Position numbers and translations under genes: made by a program
The notes under the pieces: model-generated
The model's database searches: none
The model's input: the letters and a program-made list of their open reading frames with translations, nothing else
Told to the model about the DNA's origin: nothing
From: Polyangiaceae bacterium
GTDB taxonomy: Bacteria; Myxococcota_A; Polyangia; Polyangiales; Polyangiaceae
Length of the DNA: 64,000 nucleotides
Direction: 5' to 3'
Assembly: GCA_044222475.1 (NCBI GenBank)
Contig: JBGANF010000002.1
Coordinates: 108,419-172,418, forward strand
Part shown: piece after piece, positions 53,199 to 64,000 of the stretch
How positions within the stretch are numbered: position 1 is the first letter of the stretch
Layout of the letters: each line of letters begins with the position of its first letter

Positions 53199-54527
53199 AT
53201 GGAATCGACACTTTCCCGCATTTCTGCAGTCATGATCGAGCTCGACGTCAAAGTCCCCGCCGACGCGGTGCGCACCGAGCTCGACAAGGCCTACCTCAAC
53301 CTCGGCAAGAAGGCGCACATCCGCGGGTTCCGCCCGGGCAAGGCGCCGCGCGAGATCCTCTCGCGCGTCTACGGCAACCAAGTCATGAGCGACGTGATGA
53401 ACGCGCTCGTGAACTCGACGTTGCCCAAGGTGCTGACCGAGAAGAACGTTCAGCCGATCACCACGCCGAACGTCGAGGCCGGCAAGATCGACGCGAAGGA
53501 GCCGTTCTCGTACAAGGCTCGCTTCGAGGTCACGCCCGAGGTGACCGACGTCGTGCACGAGGGCTTCGAGCTCTCGCGGCCCAGCACCGAGGTGACCGAT
53601 GCCATGGTCGACGAGGAGATCGAGGCCCTCCGCGTTCGCCACGCGACGCTGAAGACCCCGGAGCCCGCGCGCGCGGCGAAGAAGGGCGACGTCGTCAGCA
53701 TCGACTTCACGCTCGACGTCGGCGGCGCCGAGGTCAAGGACGGCGGCGGCACCGGCGTTCAGCTCGAGGTCGGTGCCGGTCAGGCCCTCCCCGAGCTCGA
53801 CGCCGCGCTCGACGGCAAGAGCATCGGCGACAAGTTCGACGTCGACTCGAAGTTCGGCGACCAGCACCCGCGCGCGGACTTCCGCGGCAAGGTGGGCACG
53901 TTCCACGTCACCATCACCGACGTGAAGGAGCGCATCCTCCCCGCGCTCGACGACGAGTTCGCCAAGGACGTCGACGCGAGCTTCCAGACCCTCGTCGAGC
54001 TCCGCGCCGACGTGCACACGAAGCTCACGAAGATCATGAAGGACCGGGCCGAGATGTCGGTCGCGGAGCAGATCGTCGCCAAGCTGAACGAGAAGAACCC
54101 GCTCGACGTTCCGCCGTCGCTCGTCGATCAGCAGAAGCGCGTGATGCAGCAGGAGGTCGTCCTCCAGGCGCGCCGCCTCGGGCAGCGCCTCACCCAGGAT
54201 CAGCTGCTCGCGATGGACGACCAGATCAAGGCCGACGCCGAGAAGAAGGTTCGCGCCGGGTTGCTCATGGCCGCGATCGCCAAGAAGCTCGAGATGAAGG
54301 TCACCGACGACGATCTCGAGAAGGGCCTCGCCGAGCTCGCCGAGGAGACCGGGAAGAACGTCGCCAAGCTGCGCGTCGAGTACCGTGACAAGAACAAGCG
54401 CGACATGCTGATCGGGATGATCCTCGAGGACAAGATCCTCGACTATCTCGAGACCAAGTCCAAGATCACCGACGAGAAGGCTGGCGAGAAGCCGGCCGAA
54501 GAGACCGAGAAGAAGAAGAAGAAGTAA
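53199..54527 (+). CDS. tig: Trigger factor
   Basis: [10 protein letters not shown] ribosome-binding motif; FKBP-like domain; LDDEFAKD; upstream of clpP. Confidence 0.95.
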   Translation: MESTLSRISAVMIELDVKVPADAVRTELDKAYLNLGKKAHIRGFRPGKAPREILSRVYGNQVMSDVMNALVNSTLPKVLTEKNVQPITTPNVEAGKIDAKEPFSYKARFEVTPEVTDVVHEGFELSRPSTEVTDAMVDEEIEALRVRHATLKTPEPARAAKKGDVVSIDFTLDVGGAEVKDGGGTGVQLEVGAGQALPELDAALDGKSIGDKFDVDSKFGDQHPRADFRGKVGTFHVTITDVKERILPALDDEFAKDVDASFQTLVELRADVHTKLTKIMKDRAEMSVAEQIVAKLNEKNPLDVPPSLVDQQKRVMQQEVVLQARRLGQRLTQDQLLAMDDQIKADAEKKVRAGLLMAAIAKKLEMKVTDDDLEKGLAELAEETGKNVAKLRVEYRDKNKRDMLIGMILEDKILDYLETKSKITDEKAGEKPAEETEKKKKK

Positions 54528-54580
54528 CCCTAGCCATTTGGCGGGTGTTCTCGCATCACCTTCCGACTTACGGAGAGACC

Positions 54581-55240
54581 ATGTCGAAGAAGCGACCGGA
54601 GACGCGCACCCAGGCCATCGCCACCCTCGAGCGGAACCGGGATTTCATCCCGTACCCGACCGTCGTCGAGACCACGCACCGAGGGGAGCGCAACTGGGAC
54701 ATCTTCAGCCGCCTCCTGAAGGACCGCATCGTCTTCCTCGGCACCGAGATCAACGACGACGTGGCGAACATCGTGATCGCCCAATTTCTCTTTTTGGAAT
54801 CGGAAGATCCGGACAAGGACATCATGCTCTACGTGAACTCCCCCGGGGGAGTCATCACGAGCGGTCTGGCCATCTACGACACCATGCAGCACGTGCGTTC
54901 GTCGGTCTCGACGATGTGCCTCGGCATGGCGGCGTCGATGGCGGCGGTGCTCCTCGCGGCCGGCGCGCCCAAGCGTCGCGTCGCGCTGCCGAACGCCCGC
55001 ATCATGATCCACCAGCCGCACGGCGGCGCGCGCGGTCAGACGACCGACATCGAGATCATGGCGCGCGAGTCGCGTCACCTGAAGGAAGTGCTCGTGAAGA
55101 TCCTCGCCGACGGGACGGGGAAGACGGCCGAGCAGATCCACAAGGACATCGACCGTGACTTCTGGATGGGCGCGGCGCAGGCCAAGGAGTACGGCCTGAT
55201 CGACGAGGTCCTGACCCCGAAGGCCAAGGGCGAGAAGTAG
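54581..55240 (+). CDS. clpP: ATP-dependent Clp protease proteolytic subunit
   Basis: [28 protein letters not shown] (triad intact); SD GGAGAG. Confidence 0.96.
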   Translation: MSKKRPETRTQAIATLERNRDFIPYPTVVETTHRGERNWDIFSRLLKDRIVFLGTEINDDVANIVIAQFLFLESEDPDKDIMLYVNSPGGVITSGLAIYDTMQHVRSSVSTMCLGMAASMAAVLLAAGAPKRRVALPNARIMIHQPHGGARGQTTDIEIMARESRHLKEVLVKILADGTGKTAEQIHKDIDRDFWMGAAQAKEYGLIDEVLTPKAKGEK

Positions 55241-55254
55241 AGCCGCCACGCCGG

Positions 55255-56091
55255 CTACGGCGTCGTACCGATCCGCTGGAGCACCGGGCTCTGCGGAAAA
55301 TCGTGGCGGAGCTTCTGGTAGAAGCCCTGCGCCCGCGCGGCGTCGCCCTGCGCATCGGCCGACTGGCCCGAGCGCCAGAGCGCGCTCGGCACCACCGCGG
55401 CGCCGGGGTACTTCAGCACCTCGTGGTAGGCCTGCTCGGCGAGCGCCCACTTCGACGGGTCGCTCTTCGCGTCGCGCAGGAACATCTCGCCGAACGCGAA
55501 GTACGCGAACGGGATCCACTTCGACGACGGCTGCGTCGAGACGAGCTGAAAGTAGAGCTTGCGCGCGTTCATGGCGTCACCGGCGATCTCGTGCTCGAGC
55601 GCGTCGTAGTAGAGCGCGTCGTCGCCAGCCACGGCGGAAGTCGGGAAGCTCTTGACCAGCTCGTCGTACGCCTTCGTCGCGTTGGCTCCCGCGCCGGCGA
55701 TCGCCGCCTTGCGGAGCTCGACGTAGTCCTCGGCGATTCGCCGGAGCAACGGCGCGCGATCGGCGGCGCTCGGCGCGGTCGCGGCGAGCAGCCGCTCGAG
55801 CGCGGTGACCTCGGTCGCGACCAGCGCGCGCGCGCGAGGCGGGAGCCTCGGATCCCGCTCGGGAACGTCGAGACCCGTCGTCGCCACCGGAGGCGCGATG
55901 GGTGGGGCGGCCGAAGCCGTTGCTGGCGGGACGGGGTCGGTCGGGGTGGCGCTCGCCGACGCGCTCGCCGAGGCCGACACGGTCGCGTCGGGCTTCGGGA
56001 GCACCACGACCGCCGGCTCTTGGGGTGGCAACACGATCGGCTCCTCCGCCGCGCACGCGGACACGACGAGCAGCGCAGCGAGCCGGCGCAT
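55255..56091 (-). CDS. TPR lipoprotein (CpoB/BamD-like TPR pattern)
   Basis: Lipobox VVSAC; DALYY..LE, AYFAFGE, ALWRSG TPR units. Confidence 0.75.
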   Translation of the reverse strand: MRRLAALLVVSACAAEEPIVLPPQEPAVVVLPKPDATVSASASASASATPTDPVPPATASAAPPIAPPVATTGLDVPERDPRLPPRARALVATEVTALERLLAATAPSAADRAPLLRRIAEDYVELRKAAIAGAGANATKAYDELVKSFPTSAVAGDDALYYDALEHEIAGDAMNARKLYFQLVSTQPSSKWIPFAYFAFGEMFLRDAKSDPSKWALAEQAYHEVLKYPGAAVVPSALWRSGQSADAQGDAARAQGFYQKLRHDFPQSPVLQRIGTTP

Positions 56092-56096
56092 GCGCC

Positions 56097-56744
56097 TCAG
56101 CGCGCGCGGAGAGCGAGGACTTTGCGGCCGACCACGAAGCCGACCGCGGCCAGCACCGCCGTCGGGAACGCGTGCCCTACGAGGACGTGCGGCGCGTTCG
56201 TCAGCGGGCACCACAGGTCGACGAGGACGTTCGCCCAAATCGCAGCCATCGCGCCGATGGCCGCGCCTTGCGCGCCCGCGTGATGGACCGCTCGGCCGCG
56301 CCGCGCGGTGAAGATCGCGGCGACGAGCAGCGACCCCGTCGAGAGCGTGAGGCCCATGCAGCGCCAGCCGAAGCGCGCGAACGGTTCCGTGTAGAATGCA
56401 TTCCAGGAGACCGTCGCGGCGAACACTGCGAGGGGCGCCAGAACCGCGAGCAGGGCGTAGACCGCCATGCGCCGCGGGAGCATCGACCCCGGCTTCGGGA
56501 GCGTGAGCACGGTCGCGATGGCGGCGACCGCCGAGACGCCGCCGGCGACGCCGAACGTGAGCCCGAGGGGCCGTCCCGCCGAGTGGGCGAGCCCGCCCAT
56601 CCACTCGAAGATCGCGAGCATGCCCGCGATCGCGACCGCGTGGACGAGGATGGCGTTGCGGCTGCCTTCGCTGCGCGTCGGCGCGGGTTGCGCCGCGAGC
56701 TGCGCCTTCATGCGGGCGCGGAGGTCGGTGGGGAGCGTGCTCAC
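56097..56744 (-). CDS. NrsF/DUF1109-like polytopic anti-sigma factor
   Basis: Multiple TMs; GWRC, LWCP....HV..GH motif; follows ECF sigma with GTGA overlap. Confidence 0.75.
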   Translation of the reverse strand: MSTLPTDLRARMKAQLAAQPAPTRSEGSRNAILVHAVAIAGMLAIFEWMGGLAHSAGRPLGLTFGVAGGVSAVAAIATVLTLPKPGSMLPRRMAVYALLAVLAPLAVFAATVSWNAFYTEPFARFGWRCMGLTLSTGSLLVAAIFTARRGRAVHHAGAQGAAIGAMAAIWANVLVDLWCPLTNAPHVLVGHAFPTAVLAAVGFVVGRKVLALRAR

Positions 56745-57445
56745 GAGCGACGCTCCTTCTCTGCGCCGGCCAACACCTCGCGCAGGACGTCGTAGGCGCG
56801 GTGCACGCGAAGGTTCACCGCGTTCTGCGTGGTGCCGAGGATCTCGGCGGCCTCCGCCGGGGTGAAGCCTTGCTCGCGCACGAGCTCGTATGCCTCGCGC
56901 TGGCCCTCCGGCATCGCCGCGAGCGCGCTCTCGACGATCGCCGCCATCTGGCGCGCGGTGAGCGCCTGCTCCGGGCCGCCATCCGACGACGCTGAGGCTG
57001 GGCTTTTCGCGTGGGGGTCGTCCGAGAGCACTTCGTTTCTCCGGCGCCGATAGCCGTCGATGGCCAGGCGAGTCGTGATCGCGAAGCTCCAGGCTAGCAC
57101 GTCGCTGCCTTTTCGGAAGGAGGCCCGTGCGACGTGCATCTGGAGGAACGTCTGCTGCACTAGGTCCTCCCCCCGGCTGCGGTCCCCGGTGCGCTTGGTC
57201 GCGTAGGGCAGAAGGCGAGGAACCAGGGCGTCATAGAGCTCGTCGAAGGCCGAGTCGTCCCCGGTCGCGTACCGGTCCATGGCGGCGTTCGCGCGAGCGC
57301 GAAACGCCTGCTCCTCCGGGCTTCGATTGCGACCGGCGTAGACATCGCTCTCTACTACGCCCGAGGTCGGGACCGGTGTCGCACGGTCGGACACATTCGA
57401 CGCCTGGTCGGCCGACCGCTCGAAATCGGTCTCAACCGGTGACAT
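56741..57445 (-). CDS. ECF RNA polymerase sigma factor
   Basis: MDRYATGDDSAFDELY, EDLVQQTFL, AWSFAI..LAID, EAAEILG...AVNLRVHRA. Confidence 0.9.
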   Translation of the reverse strand: MSPVETDFERSADQASNVSDRATPVPTSGVVESDVYAGRNRSPEEQAFRARANAAMDRYATGDDSAFDELYDALVPRLLPYATKRTGDRSRGEDLVQQTFLQMHVARASFRKGSDVLAWSFAITTRLAIDGYRRRRNEVLSDDPHAKSPASASSDGGPEQALTARQMAAIVESALAAMPEGQREAYELVREQGFTPAEAAEILGTTQNAVNLRVHRAYDVLREVLAGAEKERRS

Positions 57446-57518
57446 TGGCGACCCCCACCTGCGTAAGGATAGACGAAGGGCGCACGGGACGGGAGAGCCC
57501 GCGCCGAGGGGATGCACC

Positions 57519-58103
57519 ATGAAGAAGAGTGAGCGCTGCCGAGAGGCGGCACGGTTGGGGTCCATCGTTTTGGCGGGTTTCATCGCCGCCACGCTCGGCG
57601 CGGGCTGCGCGAGCCTCAAGGCGCAGGCGCCCGGCCTCGTCCCGGCGAGCCAGGTCGATCGACCGACCGAGACCGAGGCGGTCGTCGTCTTCATCCGCCC
57701 CTTGGCGGTGGGGGAGGGGTACGCGTTCCCGATCCTCGACGAGGACGGAAACGTCCTCGCGTACAGCGCCGCGGAGTCGCAGTTCGCGCTGCACGTCGCG
57801 CCGGGCGATCGACACCTCGTCCTCGCGGCGCACGGCTCGACCGACGATCTCTACGCGCACCTTGCCGCCGGCAAGAAGTACTACGTCTGGGTCGTGCTTC
57901 GGCCCTCGGCGACCGGCCCGCGCTGGTCGCTCACCCCGATCCACCAAGACGATCTGTCCTCGCCCGAGCTCGCCGCGACCCTCGCGCGCACTCCAGCGTT
58001 CCACCTCGAGCCCAAGCGCGTTCGCGCCGACGGAGTGCGGGTCGCCATTCGCAGCGATGCAGCCGATCCGGAGCGGACCCTTCGCCTGGAGGATGGACGA
58101 TGA
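57519..58103 (+). CDS. DUF2846-like lipoprotein
   Basis: Lipobox GAGC; VVVFIRP, VAPGDR, LAAGKKYYV. Confidence 0.7.
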   Translation: MKKSERCREAARLGSIVLAGFIAATLGAGCASLKAQAPGLVPASQVDRPTETEAVVVFIRPLAVGEGYAFPILDEDGNVLAYSAAESQFALHVAPGDRHLVLAAHGSTDDLYAHLAAGKKYYVWVVLRPSATGPRWSLTPIHQDDLSSPELAATLARTPAFHLEPKRVRADGVRVAIRSDAADPERTLRLEDGR

Positions 58104-58681
58104 CACCGTTCGTTCAGGCTACGCTCCGAGTCGCTCGGAGAGCCGTAGGCATTTGTTTGGCCGCTGCCGTCGTCGCGCCGCTGGGGTGCGCAGTCGCCGA
58201 ACCACACGCCGCGCGTGGTGCCGAAGGGGGCGAAGGCGGGCTCGCTCGCGTCGTGTTCCTCCGGCCCTCTCCGGAGGCGTCGACCGCCAACTTCCAGGTC
58301 CTCGACGAGCACGACAACGTGGTCGCCCTCGTCGGCCCGGAGTCGCAGGCGATGGTGGCCGTCGCGCCGGGAGATCGCCGCTTCCAGCTTCGCGCGCTCG
58401 GCACTGCGGACTTGCTCCGCGCCGATCTCGCGCCAGGCAAGACCTACTTCGTGCTCGTGTCGGCGCGACCGATGCAGGACCGCGAGCGGTGGTGCTTCAC
58501 CGCGCTGCGGAGCGATCGCGACTGGCTGACCGAAGTCCAAGCCGCCGCGCGTCGCACCGCGAATCCGAACGACGACGAGGCGGAGCTCGATCCGCAGCGC
58601 GTCGCTGGGCCCGTGCCGCTCGGTCGGATGGACGAGGACGAAGCGCGCGCGCACACGCTTCGTCGCGAAGACGGTCGCTGA
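58100..58681 (+). CDS. DUF2846-like lipoprotein, paralogue of the preceding gene
   Basis: Lipobox PLGC; VVFLRP, VAPGDR, LAPGKTYFV; ATGA overlap. Confidence 0.7.
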   Translation: MTPFVQATLRVARRAVGICLAAAVVAPLGCAVAEPHAARGAEGGEGGLARVVFLRPSPEASTANFQVLDEHDNVVALVGPESQAMVAVAPGDRRFQLRALGTADLLRADLAPGKTYFVLVSARPMQDRERWCFTALRSDRDWLTEVQAAARRTANPNDDEAELDPQRVAGPVPLGRMDEDEARAHTLRREDGR

Positions 58682-58709
58682 GGTCGTTCACGTCACAGGG
58701 GAGGTCGCC

Positions 58710-59352
58710 ATGAGCGAGGATCACGAGGCTCGGTACGTGTGGTACGCGATGCTCGCGGGGCACGCGTCCGTCATCGAAGAGTTCGTCTCCGAGGGTCGCG
58801 TCTACGTCGTGCTGCGGCTCCGGGCCGCCGGAAGCGATGGCGCGCTCACCGAGCGCGAAGCGGACGTCGTGGTTCGCCACGCGAACGGTGCGAGCTCGAA
58901 GTGCGTCGGGTTCGCGCTGGGGATCACCCCCCCAACCGTGAGCGCGCACCTCCGTCGAGCGCTGGGCAAGCTCGGCCTCGCGACGCTGGGGGATCTGGTT
59001 CGCGTCTACGAGCGGCTCACGCGACCTGCGAAAGATCTGCGCGTCACGATGCTGACCCGCGAAGGAGCCTGCATCGTGAGCCAGCTCGCCCCAGCGGACC
59101 CGGTCGAGCTCACCACCGCGGAGCGGGAGGTGGCGCGCCTCGTCGCGGCGGGGTTGAGCAACGCGGCGATCGCCGCGGTGCGTCGGCGGTCGGAGCGAAC
59201 GGTAGCCAATCAGGTAGCGAGGCTCCTCCAAAAGTTGGGGGTCCCATCGCGCCACCAGGTCGGACGGTGGATGGGCACAGGCACGATTCCTCTCGGGCGA
59301 AACTTGCGCCCGGGATCCGCGGCGTCTACATTGGACTCGATAGGAGAGTCCT

Positions 59353-59369
<17 letters not shown>
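58710..59369 (+). CDS. Regulator with two LuxR-type HTH domains
   Basis: LTEREADVV...G.SSK....LGI...TV..HL..A..KLG and [10 protein letters not shown]...GLSN..IA..R..S.RTVANQV..L.KLG; SD GGAGG. Confidence 0.85.
59304..59332 (+). promoter_or_regulatory. Sigma70-type promoter for clpX
   Basis: TTGCGC-17 nt-TACATT, then SD GGAGAG and TTG start. Confidence 0.6.
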
Positions 59370-60609
<1,240 letters not shown>

Positions 60610-60766
60610 TTAGCGGAGGTGCGGAGCGGGGCGCGAGCGCGATCCGCTGGCGCCCGGCGCGCGTAGGATTTGCGTGACGCGCGCGCTTTACGCCGTCCAG
60701 TCGCCGTGTCATGATGGAGGTCCTTCGAGCTCGGCATGGCTCGGAGTTTGCTATAGGGAGGGGGCC

Positions 60767-61327
60767 ATGCTGCACAAACCGATGGTTCACCTGGCGCGGT
60801 CCATCACCGTCGCCGACGTCGCCGACGCTGCTCGCTCCGCACTCACGGAGTTCATGAGCATGGCGCCGGACAAGCGCGCTCTCTCCGAGTGGCTCGTCGG
60901 TTCGTACGCGCGCGCCACGAGCTTCGTGCCGCGCCGGCCCCACAGCCTCCCTCCGCCGGGCTCGCGCCCGCCGCCGAGCCAATCCGAGGCCATCGAGGAT
61001 CTCGTCGTCGCGGCGAAGACCGATGCCCAGTCGATCATCCAGGCGGCTCTCGAAGGCGGGGCCGAAGGTCTGGTCCAGAGGCTCCCGTCGATGGTTCCGA
61101 TCATGCGCGTGGAGGACGCGTTCGGAGGTCACGGCTTCGCGCCGCTCGATGGCCCTCGGCTGCGCTTGGCGGATCGGGTGCTCTCGTTGATCGTCGCCGA
61201 CTTCCTGACCCGCCCCGACGAGTTCGCTCGCGCGATGGCGGCCAGCCCGCGCCCGCGGATCACCCGCTCGGGGATCTCGGCGCGGGTGATGCCCGGCGAG
61301 CACGATCCCCGCGAAGACGTCGGGTAG
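60767..61327 (+). CDS. Hypothetical protein
   Basis: SD GGGAGG before ATG 60767; fills the clpX-lon gap on the same strand. Confidence 0.7.
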   Translation: MLHKPMVHLARSITVADVADAARSALTEFMSMAPDKRALSEWLVGSYARATSFVPRRPHSLPPPGSRPPPSQSEAIEDLVVAAKTDAQSIIQAALEGGAEGLVQRLPSMVPIMRVEDAFGGHGFAPLDGPRLRLADRVLSLIVADFLTRPDEFARAMAASPRPRITRSGISARVMPGEHDPREDVG

Positions 61328-61385
61328 ACGAAAAACCGCACGGAACCTTGGCGCGGGGACGCTGGCGGGGTAAACCAACGACCTG

Positions 61386-63872
<2,487 letters not shown>

Positions 63873-63873
63873 T

Positions 63874-63920
63874 TCCCCGTACACGTGAACGTGCCCGTGC
63901 CCGTGCACGATCGACGACGC
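63874..63920 (+). repeat. Single arm of the hexamer-built repeat (copy C)
   Basis: TCCCCGTACACGTGAACGTGCCCGTGCCCGTGCACGATCGACGACGC just after the lon stop; no partner arm inside the window. Confidence 0.85.
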
Positions 63921-64000
63921 GACGCCAGATTCCGGTCGCTTCGAGCGCGAAGATTCGCGTCTCGTTCGCGTTCTGGTTTCGCAGCACCATGCGCGCGGGC

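Overview
GC-rich bacterial chromosomal segment, about 65 genes. The MYXO-CTERM-type tail, Hanks Ser/Thr kinases and many Cys-rich lipoproteins point to a myxobacterium (Polyangiaceae-like; inference). Core genes: mutY, a dnaK paralogue, dusB, rpsP-khpA-rimM-trmD, queG, meaB, pgi, nth, gyrA, lspA-lgt, folD, parB-parA, tig-clpP, clpX and lon. Accessory blocks: (i) an ECF-sigma-headed minus-strand run of 10 genes with a J-domain/DnaK pair and a TPR protein with a TFIIB/cyclin-like tail; (ii) a small island after trmD with two SUKH/SMI1-like genes and an internally deleted RAYT-type transposase; (iii) a three-gene operon encoding a diiron ferritin-like/DUF362 fusion, a CrtI-like FAD oxidoreductase and an Asp-nucleophile hydrolase; (iv) a six-gene regulatory cassette separating clpP from clpX. 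A ~36-bp hexamer-built repeat occurs five times, as two asymmetric inverted pairs plus one unpaired arm; one pair is read in frame in the 5' end of nth. Many genes look leaderless. I found no rRNA, tRNA or CRISPR array. All product calls come from motifs read by eye; no database search was run.
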